This document shows positions 45,075-54,751 of a stretch of DNA of 64,000 nucleotides, in pieces. The stretch's first letter is position 1. Each line of letters starts with the position of its first letter. Source of the DNA: an uncultured Actinomycetes bacterium (GTDB lineage: Bacteria; Actinomycetota; Thermoleophilia; Gaiellales; Gaiellaceae); contig CAVQUF010000002.1 of the NCBI GenBank assembly GCA_963716865.1, positions 86,316-150,315 on the forward strand, given 5' to 3'. Position numbers and translations under genes: made by a program. The notes beneath the pieces were generated by a model that was given only the letters and a program-made list of their open reading frames with translations, was not told where the DNA came from and did no database searches.

Positions 45075-47116
45075 CATCGGTGACCGCCGACCTCCGCCTG
45101 GAGCTCGAGCCTCGCGCGCTGCCGCTCGCCTGGCTCGCGGCGCCCGTCCTGCTGGGTCTCTCGCACCTGCTGCCCGCGACGGGCGTCGGCCTCGCCGTCC
45201 GGCTCGCAGCAGCGACCCTCTGCCTCCTCGTCCCCGGCACGATCGTGGCGCGCGCGCTCGGGCTCAGCGGCCTCGCGCCCGCGTTCACGTGGAGCCTCGG
45301 GACGCTCGCCGTCGGGATGATGGTCATGTTCGCCGTGCACGGGTCGATCTGGCTCGCGCTCGGCGTGATGGTCGGCGTGAGCGCCTGCGCGGTGCCGTTC
45401 GCACTGCGAAGGCCGCCGCCGGGCATCGCGGCCTGGAGCCTGGCCATCCTCGGGCTCGGGGTCGTGGCCGGGATCGCGCTCTGGTGGGTCGCGGCCTTCG
45501 GCGGCGACTCCTTCTTCCACCTCGCCCGCGTGCGCAAGCTCGTCGACTTCCACTCGATCTCGCTGCGGAGCCTCGACGAGTACAAGGACGGCGGGTTGCA
45601 CCCCGGCTACGCGTTCCCGCTCTGGCACGGCTTCCTCGCGCTCGTCTCCAAGCTCGCAGGGGTGGATCCCACCCAGGTGGTGCTGCACGGGCCGACGGTG
45701 CTGATGCCGCTCTCGTTCCTGCTCACCTACGAGTCGGGGGTCGCGCTCTTCCGCTCGCACTGGGCCGGGCTCTCGACGCTGCTCGCCTCGTTCGCGCTGC
45801 TCGGCCTCGCTCCCGGCCACGGAGGCTCGTACGTCTCCCTGGCGCTCGCCGCCAACGCGAGCAGGATGCTCGTGCTGCCCGCGCTGCTCGCGCTCGTGTT
45901 CCTCTATGTGCGCTCGCCGTCCTGGCAGCTGCTCGTCTCGGTCGCCGCCGCCGCCGGTGCGATGAGCCTGATCCACCCCCCGCACTCGGCGCTCGTCCTG
46001 ATCCTGCTGGCCGGGTTCCTCGTCGTCCGCCTGCTGCTGGCCCGGGAGGACGTCGCGTCGATCGCTGCGGCGCTCGCGGCCGTCGCGATTCCGACGGCGG
46101 CGGTTGCCGTCTGGCTGCTGCCGATCGTCCGCGAGACGGTCGCGCACAACCCGGGCCCGGGCGAGGTGCACCGGGCGTTCGCGAACTACCGCCACGAGCT
46201 GGACGTCTTCGGGCTGCACAGCTACCGCCTCAAGCCGGACGTCTTCGGGCGCGGGGGAGCCGTCGCGGTTGCCACGCTTGCGCTGCTGCCGTTCGCGATC
46301 CTGGCGCGGCGCCGGCTCTGGGCGTCGTTCGTCCTCGGCGGGATGCTCGCCGCGTTCGCGGTCACGCTCCTCGCGTTCGTCTTCCCGCACCTGGCGGACG
46401 CCCTCTCGATCTCCCAGGCGCGCCGACTCGCCGGATTCTCCCCGAAGGCCTTCGCCCTTGCGGGCGCGGCGCTCGTCCTGGCCGGCCTCCTGCGCTGGGC
46501 GGTGCTCCCGGTCGCGCTGGCCTCGGGGATCGTGCTCCAGTGGCTCGTCCCCGGCGACTTTGGCCGGCCGTTCGGGCACGGGCACAGCGGCCCCGCCTGG
46601 CTGACGTGGTTCGCGTTCATCGCCGCCGGCGCCGCGGTGGTCTTCGGCGTGCTCGGCGACCGGCTTCTGCCCCGGCTCGAGCGGGACGGCCCGCTGGCCG
46701 CCGCGGCCGTGGCCCTGTTCGTGCTCCCGGTCGCCGTGCACGGCTACGCCAACTGGAGCAGACCGGCGAGCGCTCGGCCGCCGCTGTCGCCGGCGCTGGT
46801 GCGCGCGCTCGGCGAGCGTCTGCCGCAGGGGGCGGTCGTCTTCACCGACCAGCTGACGGGCTACGAGCTCGGCGCCTTCCTGCCCGTCTACGTCAACTCC
46901 ACGCCGCCGATTCACAGCAGCGACACGCGCGCGAACCACCCCGCCCTCCGCGTCCGCGACGAGCAGCGCTTCTTCCGCAACGGCGGCCCGCTCTCGATGC
47001 TGCGCCGCTACGGCGCCGGCTGGCTGCTCGTCGACCGCACCCGCGTCCTCCACACGCGCTTCAACCTGCCGCGGGTCTACGCGGATGGGCGATACGTTCT
47101 GTACCGAATGCGATGA
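45071..47116 (+). CDS. Large polytopic membrane protein, unknown family (possibly GT-C-like)
   Basis: 681 aa with at least 12 hydrophobic segments by eye and a soluble tail RRYGAGWLLVDRTRV...YADGRYVLYRM. ATGA overlaps at both ends. Confidence 0.55.
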   Translation: MTSVTADLRLELEPRALPLAWLAAPVLLGLSHLLPATGVGLAVRLAAATLCLLVPGTIVARALGLSGLAPAFTWSLGTLAVGMMVMFAVHGSIWLALGVMVGVSACAVPFALRRPPPGIAAWSLAILGLGVVAGIALWWVAAFGGDSFFHLARVRKLVDFHSISLRSLDEYKDGGLHPGYAFPLWHGFLALVSKLAGVDPTQVVLHGPTVLMPLSFLLTYESGVALFRSHWAGLSTLLASFALLGLAPGHGGSYVSLALAANASRMLVLPALLALVFLYVRSPSWQLLVSVAAAAGAMSLIHPPHSALVLILLAGFLVVRLLLAREDVASIAAALAAVAIPTAAVAVWLLPIVRETVAHNPGPGEVHRAFANYRHELDVFGLHSYRLKPDVFGRGGAVAVATLALLPFAILARRRLWASFVLGGMLAAFAVTLLAFVFPHLADALSISQARRLAGFSPKAFALAGAALVLAGLLRWAVLPVALASGIVLQWLVPGDFGRPFGHGHSGPAWLTWFAFIAAGAAVVFGVLGDRLLPRLERDGPLAAAAVALFVLPVAVHGYANWSRPASARPPLSPALVRALGERLPQGAVVFTDQLTGYELGAFLPVYVNSTPPIHSSDTRANHPALRVRDEQRFFRNGGPLSMLRRYGAGWLLVDRTRVLHTRFNLPRVYADGRYVLYRMR

Positions 47117-48363
47117 AAGTCCTGCTCGTGACGATGTACTTCCCGCCGGCGGGCGGGGGCGGCGTGCAGCGTCCGCTGAAGATGGCCACGCACCTGCCGG
47201 CGCTCGGGATCGAGACGCACGTGCTCGCGCCCGACGATCCGAAGTGGCTCCACCGCGACGACGAGCTGCGCCCGCCGACGCAGGCCTTCGTCCACCGCGC
47301 CCGCTACCTCGGCCCGCGCGCGCGGCTGCCCTCGGAGGAGATGCATGGCCTCACGGGGACCGACCTGCTGCTCGCGCAGGCGAAGCTCGCCTACCGGCGC
47401 GTGCTGCTTCCCGACGCAAGCGTGACGTGGCTCCCGACCGCCGTGCCGGCCGCGGTCCGGATCGTCAAGGACGAGGGCATCGACGCCGTGATCACGACGA
47501 GCCCGCCGAACTCGATGAACATGATCGGCGCCGCGGTCAAGCGCATCGCCGGGATCCCGTGGGTGGCCGACCTACGCGACGCCGTGCTCGCGAACGCCGA
47601 CCGCCGCTTCGACCGGACGGCCGTGCGCGTGAAGGAAAAGGCGCTGGAGCGGGTCGTCCGCCTCGTCGCCGGCTCCGCCGACGCGGTCGTGGCCGTCTCG
47701 GAGCCGATCGCCGACGAGGTGCGGGCCTTCGCACCGGCCGGGCCGGTGCGCGTGATCCCGAACGGCTGCGACTTCGACGACTTCGCCGGCCTCGAGTACC
47801 GCAGGGGCGACCGCTTTCGCATCACCCACACCGGCAGCTTCTTCGGCCAGCGGGATCCGCGCCCGTTCCTGAGCGCGCTCGCCGAATCGGGTCTCGACGA
47901 CGCCGTGGCGCGCTTCGCGGGCGACTTCCGCGCCGCCGACCGCGAATGGGTGGACACGCTCGGCCTCGGCGATCGCCTCGAGCTGCTCTCCTACCTTCCG
48001 CACCGGGAGGCGCTCGAGCTCCAGCGCGACTCCGAGGCGAACCTCCTCCTGCTGCCGGAGGCGGCCGGGCGAGGGAAGGTCGTTCCCTCCGGGAAGATCT
48101 TCGAGTACCTCGCCGCCGAGCGGCCGATCCTCGCGGCGGTGCCTCCGGACGGAGCGGCCGCCGACCTCGTGCGCGAGACGGGCGCGGGGATCGTCGTCGC
48201 GCCGGACGACGAGCGCGGGCTGCGCGAGGCGCTGCAGGGCCTTCACGCGCGCTGGCGGGCGGGAAAGCTCTCCGACGCCTACCTCTCACCCGAGCAGCGG
48301 AAGCGGCTCTCGCGGGAGACCCGCGTCGAGGAGCTGGCCGACGTGCTCTGGAGCCTGCAGTGA
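47113..48363 (+). CDS. Glycosyltransferase family 4 (GT1 fold)
   Basis: MKVLLVTMYFPPAGGGGVQR start and GKIFEYLAAERPILA. Confidence 0.85.
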   Translation: MKVLLVTMYFPPAGGGGVQRPLKMATHLPALGIETHVLAPDDPKWLHRDDELRPPTQAFVHRARYLGPRARLPSEEMHGLTGTDLLLAQAKLAYRRVLLPDASVTWLPTAVPAAVRIVKDEGIDAVITTSPPNSMNMIGAAVKRIAGIPWVADLRDAVLANADRRFDRTAVRVKEKALERVVRLVAGSADAVVAVSEPIADEVRAFAPAGPVRVIPNGCDFDDFAGLEYRRGDRFRITHTGSFFGQRDPRPFLSALAESGLDDAVARFAGDFRAADREWVDTLGLGDRLELLSYLPHREALELQRDSEANLLLLPEAAGRGKVVPSGKIFEYLAAERPILAAVPPDGAAADLVRETGAGIVVAPDDERGLREALQGLHARWRAGKLSDAYLSPEQRKRLSRETRVEELADVLWSLQ

Positions 48364-48401
48364 CACGTCCACGCACGGCCCGGCCCAGGCTGCCCCAAAA
48401 A

Positions 48402-48472
48402 GGCGCCGCTTGCGGCGCCGTTCCCAGGAGGCGCGGGCTTTGCCCGTGCGTCCGTCTGAAATGACCGGTCGA
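48402..48472 (+). repeat. Repeat family A, copy 4
   Basis: GGCGCCGCTTGCGGCGCC GTTCCCAG GAGGCGCGGGC-TTT-GCCCGTGCGTC CGTCTGAAATGACCGGTCGA. Confidence 0.8.
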
Positions 48473-48552
48473 GGCGCGGTTCACCAGAGCCGCGAAAGCG
48501 CATTGGTTTCTTTTTCTTCCTCGCGGCCGTCTTCTGCGCGAGCTTCGAGAAA

Positions 48553-49803
48553 GTGCAGTGGAACGTGGCCGGGTCCGTGTTCCTCGCCGACCTGACAGCG
48601 CTCGGCTTCCTCGGCTCGTTCGCGCTCGACCGTCTCGGCTCGTCGCGCGGCGTCGGACGGGTGCCGCGGACCGCGGCCGTGCTGCTCGTGTTCCTCGGCG
48701 CGTTCCTGCTCGTCTACCTGATCGGCTTCTTCAACCTCGAGACGAGCCAGGCGCTGAGCCAGTTCGGCAAGGGGATCGTCAAGTGGCTGATCCACTTCGC
48801 GTTCCTGATCGTCGGCGTCATCTATCTGACCGGGCGCTCGGCGCGGTACTTCTGGCGCACGCTCGCGTGGTTCCTGGGCGGGATCGCCGCCAACGCCGCC
48901 TACGGGATCCTGCAGCTTGCCTCGGCCCAGGCCGGCCACAACCTCGACTCGGTGTTCCTCGTGCCGCTGACGCGAGGCGCCAGCCAGATCAACGTCTACG
49001 GCGCGGTCAACGGCACGAACGTGTACCGGCCGAACGCGCTGACGGGCGACCCGAACCACCTCGGGATCATGCTGCTGATGCCGATCCTGATCCTGACGCC
49101 GATCTACCTGCGGCTCGGGCGGGGACACCGGCTCCGGCGCTGGCTCGCGGCCCTGATCGCGTTCCTGCTGATCGTCGAGCTCGCGACGCTCTCGCGCAGC
49201 GGGCTGCTCGGGCTGACGGTCGGCGCCTTCGTCCTGCTGATTCCGTACCGGCATCTGCTCTTCTCGCGCCTCGCGATCCTTCCGCTCATGCTCGTCGTGA
49301 TCCCGGTCGCCTACGAGGTCTACCGCCGGCGGCACTTCTTCGACGTCGTGATCCGCTCGCGGCTCTCGCGCGGGACCGGGACGAACACGCACCTCGACGT
49401 CTACGCCTTCGTCCCGAAGATCCTGCACGTGCACCCGTTCTTCGGCCTCGGCTTCAACAACTTCTCGGTCTACTACGAGTTCGTCACCGGCAAGACGAAC
49501 TGGGGGCCGCACTCGTACTACGTGGCGCTGCTCGTCGAGGGCGGGCTCGTCGGGACCGCGCTTTTTGCGGTCTTTCTCTGGTTCCTGTTCACGAAGCTCG
49601 CGGCGGCGCGGCGGCTCGGGCGCGCGCTCTCGGCCGCCCACGACCCCCTGGCGGCACGTGTGCGGCCGCTGGCGTGGGGGATGACCGCGGCGCTCGTCGG
49701 GACGATGGCCGCGAACGTCTTCTACCTGACGATGTCGTTCCTCTACTTCTACGTCTTCGTGATGCTCGCGCTCGTGACACCGGCGGTCTTCTCGAAGCGG
49801 TGA
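48553..49803 (+). CDS. O-antigen ligase/polymerase family (Wzy_C-like) membrane protein, copy 2
   Basis: VELATLSRSGLLGL and GPHSYYVALLVEGGLVG motifs. The frame is open from 48460 and encodes a further TM-like IGFFFFLAAVF with no canonical start. Confidence 0.8.
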   Translation: MQWNVAGSVFLADLTALGFLGSFALDRLGSSRGVGRVPRTAAVLLVFLGAFLLVYLIGFFNLETSQALSQFGKGIVKWLIHFAFLIVGVIYLTGRSARYFWRTLAWFLGGIAANAAYGILQLASAQAGHNLDSVFLVPLTRGASQINVYGAVNGTNVYRPNALTGDPNHLGIMLLMPILILTPIYLRLGRGHRLRRWLAALIAFLLIVELATLSRSGLLGLTVGAFVLLIPYRHLLFSRLAILPLMLVVIPVAYEVYRRRHFFDVVIRSRLSRGTGTNTHLDVYAFVPKILHVHPFFGLGFNNFSVYYEFVTGKTNWGPHSYYVALLVEGGLVGTALFAVFLWFLFTKLAAARRLGRALSAAHDPLAARVRPLAWGMTAALVGTMAANVFYLTMSFLYFYVFVMLALVTPAVFSKR

Positions 49804-50840
49804 AGCTCCTGGTGCTGACGACGTCGTACCCGCGCTACGAGGGCGACCCGACCGTGAACTTCCTCGGCGAGGCGGTGGCGCAGCTGCGCGGGCGCGGGGT
49901 CGACGTGGACGTCGTCTCGCCGGCGACGTTCCCGCACTACGGGATCGCGTACGGCTCGGGCATCGTCGGCAACCTGCGGCGTGACCCCTGGAGGGCGGCG
50001 ATGCTGCCGGCGATGTTCTGGAACTTCCGGCGGGCGGCCGGGAAGCTGGCGCCCGAGGCCGACCTGATCCACGCGCACTGGCTTCCGAGCGGGGCAGTCG
50101 CGGCGACCTGCGGGCGGCCGTTCGTCGTCCAGCTCTGGGGCACCGACGTCGAGCTCGCCAGGAAGGCGAAGCCGCTTGCCCGTGAGGTGCTGCGGCGGGC
50201 GCGGCTGACGATCTGCCCGTCGAACGCGCTGGCGACCGCGGCGCGCGAGCTGGGGGCGCGCGAGGTGCGCGTGATCCCGAGCGGCGTGGAGATCCCGGCC
50301 GAGGTGGCCGAGGAGGCCGAGCCGCCGGAGGTGCTCTTCGCGGGGCGGCTTTCGCGCGAGAAGGGCATCCTCGAGCTCGTGGAGGCTGCGAACGGGATGA
50401 AGCTGGTGGTGGCAGGCGACGGGCCGCTGCGCGACTCGGTGCCCGGCGCGCTCGGGTTCGTCCCGCACGACGAGCTCGGCCCGCTGTACGAGCGGGCGGC
50501 GGTCGTCGCGTGCCCGTCCCACCGCGAGGGGTTCGGCGTCGTCTGCGCGGAGGCGATGGCCTATGGGCGGCCGGTGGTCGCGGGCGCGGTCGGCGGGCTC
50601 CTCGACCTGGTCGTGGACGGTGAGACCGGGGTGCTCGTACCGCCGCGCGACGTGCGGGCGCTGCGGGCGGCCCTGGAGCGCCTGCTCGGCGACCGGGAGC
50701 TGCGGGAGCGGCTCGGCGCAGCGGCCCGAGAGCGGATCAAGGAGCGCTTCGCCTGGCCGGCGGTGACCGACGCGACGCTCGCGGCCTACGAACGTGCGCT
50801 CGCGGACGCGTCCGAAGCCCCCTCGAAGCCGAAGAGGTGA
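49800..50840 (+). CDS. Glycosyltransferase family 4
   Basis: FAGRLSREKGI and REGFGVVCAEAMAYGRPVVAGAVGGL (E-x7-E region). GTGA overlap upstream. Confidence 0.9.
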   Translation: MKLLVLTTSYPRYEGDPTVNFLGEAVAQLRGRGVDVDVVSPATFPHYGIAYGSGIVGNLRRDPWRAAMLPAMFWNFRRAAGKLAPEADLIHAHWLPSGAVAATCGRPFVVQLWGTDVELARKAKPLAREVLRRARLTICPSNALATAARELGAREVRVIPSGVEIPAEVAEEAEPPEVLFAGRLSREKGILELVEAANGMKLVVAGDGPLRDSVPGALGFVPHDELGPLYERAAVVACPSHREGFGVVCAEAMAYGRPVVAGAVGGLLDLVVDGETGVLVPPRDVRALRAALERLLGDRELRERLGAAARERIKERFAWPAVTDATLAAYERALADASEAPSKPKR

Positions 50841-52021
50841 CGGCTACAGTGACCGGCAGGGTGACTGACACGTTCGAGGCTCGCGACCGGCCCGTCGTCG
50901 TCTTCGGTCTACTCTGGGCCGGGCTGTCGTTCGCGCGCAGTCTCGGCCGCGCCGGTGTTCCGGTCACCGGCATCACGATGCACCCGCACGAGTTCGGGGC
51001 TCGCTCTCACTACCTGCGCGAGGTGCGGCGCGCCTCGGGCGACGCGGCCGTCCTCGCGGACCTGCGCGCGGCTGCAGACGGCAAGCGTCCACTCCTGCTT
51101 CCTGAGCGCGACGACCACGTCGAGCTCGTGCTGAGGCACTGGTCCGAGGTGACCGCGCTCTACGACCTGCCGATGCCGCCTGATCCCGAGGTCGCCCGCC
51201 GGCTGCGCCGCAAGTCCACCTTGCCGGAGGAGGCCGCGCGCGCCGGAGTCCTGACGCCGCCAACCGTGGCCGCCGACTCGGAGGAGACGTTGCGCTCACT
51301 CGAGCTGCGGCCTCCGTTCCTGCTGAAGCCGGTCGAGGGACAGCACTTTGGCGGCTCGTTCGGCGAGAAAGTCCTCGTCGCCGAGACGGCAGACGTCCTC
51401 GTCGGTCTGTGGCGGGAGGCTCGCAGGCGCGGTTTCGACACCGTCGTGCAGGAGCTCGTCCCGGAGGCGCACGAGAAGATCTGGTCGCTGTTCACGTATA
51501 TCGGCCGTAGCGGCCGGCCGCTGGCAACCGTGACGGGTGTCAAGGTGCGCCAGGGGCCGATCTACTTCGGCACGAGCGCCGTTTTTCGCACGTCTCCCGA
51601 GCCTCGCGTCCGCGAGCTCGGGCTGCGGCTGCTCGAGACCGCCGGCTACCGGGGCTTCGGTCACGTCGAGTTCGCCCACGACCATCGCGACGGAGAGTTC
51701 AAGCTCCTCGAGGTCAACACTCGTGTGCCGATGTGGGGTGGAGTGGCAATGAGCCGTTACCTCGATATGGCTCGGATCGCCTACGACGACCTCTGCGGAC
51801 GGCCGGAGCCCGAGCCTCGTGACTTCGGCGACGAGGTGTCGTGGAGCTTCCTGGCCAAGGATCTGTGGGTCTCGCTGGCGATGGCACGCCGGCGCGAGCT
51901 CACGCCGCGCGAGTTCCTCGGCCCGTACCTGCACCGCAAGAAGGTTCGCGCCGTGTTCGCCGCCGACGATCCGTTGCCGGCGCTCGCAGTGCTTCCCTAC
52001 CTCGGCACGAAGCTCGCGTAG
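50837..52021 (+). CDS. ATP-grasp carboxylate-amine ligase (type 2; paralogue of 43965..45074)
   Basis: GLSFARSLGRAGVPV, PFLLKPVEGQHFGGSFG, VVQELVPE, EFAHDHRDGEFKLLEVNTRV. Confidence 0.85.
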   Translation: MTATVTGRVTDTFEARDRPVVVFGLLWAGLSFARSLGRAGVPVTGITMHPHEFGARSHYLREVRRASGDAAVLADLRAAADGKRPLLLPERDDHVELVLRHWSEVTALYDLPMPPDPEVARRLRRKSTLPEEAARAGVLTPPTVAADSEETLRSLELRPPFLLKPVEGQHFGGSFGEKVLVAETADVLVGLWREARRRGFDTVVQELVPEAHEKIWSLFTYIGRSGRPLATVTGVKVRQGPIYFGTSAVFRTSPEPRVRELGLRLLETAGYRGFGHVEFAHDHRDGEFKLLEVNTRVPMWGGVAMSRYLDMARIAYDDLCGRPEPEPRDFGDEVSWSFLAKDLWVSLAMARRRELTPREFLGPYLHRKKVRAVFAADDPLPALAVLPYLGTKLA

Positions 52022-52030
52022 CCTCTCGCC

Positions 52031-53163
52031 ATGCGAGTCGCCCTGCTCGATCCGCCGAGCTTCACCGCGCCGTACGACCATGCCCTCGCGTCCGCCCTCG
52101 CCCGGCGTGGACACGACGTGACGCTGCTCGCCTCGCCGTTCACGCACGGCGAGATCCCGGCGCCGGACGGCTACCGGCGCGAGGAGGTGTTCCTGTCGTT
52201 CTCGTCCCGGCTCTCCCGCCTGGCGCCTCGGTCTCGCGTCCGACTGGTCCTAAAGGGGCTCGACTACGGCCGAGCGCCGTCCGGCTCGTCCGGCGGATCG
52301 AAGGACTGCGGCCGGACATCGTGCACGTGCAATGGCTCGGCGTGCCGCGCTACGACATCGTCTGGCTTCGCCGCGTAACGGCGCGCTTCCCGACGGTTCT
52401 GACGGCACACGATGTCGTCCCCCGCCTCGAGCGCAACGCACGAGCGTGGCGCGAGGCGCTCGCGCGTGTAGACCGCGTCGTCGTCCAGTCGCAACGCGCC
52501 GTGGATCGGCTGGCCGAGCTCGGCGTCGAGCGCTCGCATCTCGTGCGCATCCAGCACCCGGTCTTCCCGGGACCCGCCGAGCAGCCGTCACCGCCGGCCG
52601 GCTCGACACTCCTCTTCTTCGGCCTGATCCGGGAGCACAAGGGGCTCGACGTCCTGGTGCGCGCGCTGCCCGCGGTCGCCGCGAGCGTCCCGGATGTGCG
52701 CCTCATCGTCGCCGGAGACCCGCTTGACTCAGTCGAGCCCGCGCAGCGCCTGGCGAGCGACCTGGGCGTGGCGGAGCGCATCGAGTGGCGGCTCCGCTTC
52801 CTTGGCGAGCACGAGATAACCGCTGTCATGGGGGAGGCTACCCTTGTCGTCTTGCCCTACCGCAAGATCGACTCGTCCGGCGTGCTGGCGACCGCGCTCG
52901 GCTACGGCCGCCCCGCGGTCGTGACCGACGTCGGCGGGCTCCCCGACGCGATCCGTGAGTTCGGCGCAGGCCGCATCGTGCCGGTCGAGGACGCCGCAGC
53001 GCTCGCCGACGCCTGCGCCGATCTTCTCTCCGACCGAACAGCGCTGGCCGAGGCTTTCCGCGGTACCGGGGCCGCACGCCGCTCCCTGACCTGGGACAGG
53101 GCTGCGGCCGCGCACGAGGCCGTGTACGAGGAGGCCGTCGGCGCCAGGAGCGGCGTGGCGTGA
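52031..53163 (+). pseudogene. Glycosyltransferase family 4 interrupted by a frameshift near 52250..52285
   Basis: MRVALLDPPSFTAPYDHALASALARRGHDVTLL...LKGLDYG (track 52031..52378), then PSAVRLVRRIEGLRPDIVHVQW...FFGLIREHKG...GYGRPAVVTDVGGL in the -1 frame (track 51841..53163). Span is 1133 nt = 3n-1. Confidence 0.7.
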
Positions 53164-53810
53164 GCGTCCAGGCGGTCGCCAAGGAAGTCCTCGATCGGCT
53201 GGTTGCCGCCGTCGGGCTGGTAACGCTCTCGCTCGTCTTCGCCGGGATCGCGCTCTGGATCCGCCTCGAGTCAGGCGGCCCGGTCATCTTCCGGCAGCCG
53301 CGCGTCGGCAAGGACGGCCGCGTGTTCTCGATGCTCAAGTTCCGGACGATGGTTCCGGACGCTGTCGAGCTCGGCTGCGAGCTGGCGCTGAGCGAGGATC
53401 CGTTCGCCGTCCTGCCGGAAGACCCGCGGATCACCCGGTGCGGCCGCTTCCTCCGGCGGACGAGTCTCGACGAGCTGCCTCAGCTGTGGAACGTCCTGCG
53501 CGGCGAGATGAGCCTCGTCGGCCCCAGGCCCGATCTCGTCGAGCAGGCGGCGAACTACGCCCCTGCCGATCGCCGCCGCCTAGCCGTGAAGCCCGGAATC
53601 ACCGGCTGGGCCCAGGTGCACGGCCGCGACGAGATTCCTTGGGAGGAGCGCTTCCGGCTGGACGCCTGGTACGTCGACAACTGGTCGCTCGGCCTCGACG
53701 CACGGATCCTCCTCCGCACCTTCGCGCAGCTCGGGCGCCCCGAGCCGATCCCCGTCGAGGACAAGCTCAACATCGAGCGGGCGCGGGCAGCGCGGCGAGG
53801 CGGCGAGTGA
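53160..53810 (+). CDS. Initiating sugar-phosphate transferase (PglC/WbaP C-terminal type), copy 2
   Basis: VIFRQPRVGKDGRVFSMLKFRTM and DELPQLWNVLRGEMSLVGPRP. GTGA overlap upstream. Confidence 0.9.
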   Translation: MSVQAVAKEVLDRLVAAVGLVTLSLVFAGIALWIRLESGGPVIFRQPRVGKDGRVFSMLKFRTMVPDAVELGCELALSEDPFAVLPEDPRITRCGRFLRRTSLDELPQLWNVLRGEMSLVGPRPDLVEQAANYAPADRRRLAVKPGITGWAQVHGRDEIPWEERFRLDAWYVDNWSLGLDARILLRTFAQLGRPEPIPVEDKLNIERARAARRGGE

Positions 53811-54751
53811 GAGAGGTCGAGCCGGCCGGCTGGGACGACCTGCTGGAGGAGCTGGGCCTCGGGGACGCGTACTTCCGCCGGGCATACGTCGAGAGCTCAT
53901 GCGTGCTCGAGCCGGGCCGGCCACTCCTGCTGGAGCACGAGGGCACCGTCTTCGCGGCGATCGAGCGCGAGGAGCCCCTCGACCTAGTGACTCCGTACGG
54001 CTACGGCGGCCCGATCGGCGGAGACGCGGCCGCGTTCTGGCCGGCGTACGAGGCGTGGTGCGGCGAACGGGGCGTGGTGAGTACATTCATCCGTTTCCAC
54101 CCTCTGTACGAGAACCACCGCCGAGCGCCGATCCGAGTCGAGTCGCTGGCGCCGACGGTCGGCTGGCGGCTTGGCGCGGAGGACCTGCTCGCGGGCATCC
54201 ACTGGAAGCACCGCAACAACGTCCGCAAGGCAGAGGCGGCGGGTGTGGCCGTCAGGGCGGAGGAGGGGCTGGGCGACTTCGTCCCACTGTACGAGAAGAC
54301 CATGCGGCGCGCCGGCGCCTCGCCCTTCTACTTCTTTGCCGGCGCCTACTGGCAGGCGCTCGAGCGGCTGGGCGACGGCCTCGTACGCTTCGACGCTCTG
54401 GTCGGAGACGAGCTGGTGGCAAGCGCGCTTTGCCTCGCCTCGCCACCGTGGCTCCACTACCACCTCGGCGGGACGGCCGAGGCTGGCCGTGCGACCGGCG
54501 CCACGACGTTCCTGCTCCTGGAGGCCGCGCGCTGGGCGCGGGAGCGAGGGTACGAGCGCTTCCACCTCGGCGGCGGCATCGGCGGGCAGCAAGACTCGCT
54601 GCACCACTTCAAGAGCCGCTTCGATCCCGAGGGGCTGCTCGAATTGGCGATCGGAAAAGCCGTCCACGACGAGGACGCCTACCGCGAGCTGGCCGGCCCC
54701 GGCGCGGGCCTTGACGGGTTCTTCCCCGCCTACCGGGCTCCGGCAGGCTGA
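53807..54751 (+). CDS. FemAB-like / GNAT-fold (Acetyltransf_6-type) transferase
   Basis: PWLHYHLGGT, ERGYERFHLGGG, LHHFKSRF. GTGA overlap upstream (track ORF 53438). Confidence 0.7.
   Translation: MREVEPAGWDDLLEELGLGDAYFRRAYVESSCVLEPGRPLLLEHEGTVFAAIEREEPLDLVTPYGYGGPIGGDAAAFWPAYEAWCGERGVVSTFIRFHPLYENHRRAPIRVESLAPTVGWRLGAEDLLAGIHWKHRNNVRKAEAAGVAVRAEEGLGDFVPLYEKTMRRAGASPFYFFAGAYWQALERLGDGLVRFDALVGDELVASALCLASPPWLHYHLGGTAEAGRATGATTFLLLEAARWARERGYERFHLGGGIGGQQDSLHHFKSRFDPEGLLELAIGKAVHDEDAYRELAGPGAGLDGFFPAYRAPAG

Noticed and set aside
13131-48472. Whether repeat families A to D could be a CRISPR array.
   Set aside because: The copies are kilobases apart, separated by full genes, not evenly spaced, and no cas genes are present.
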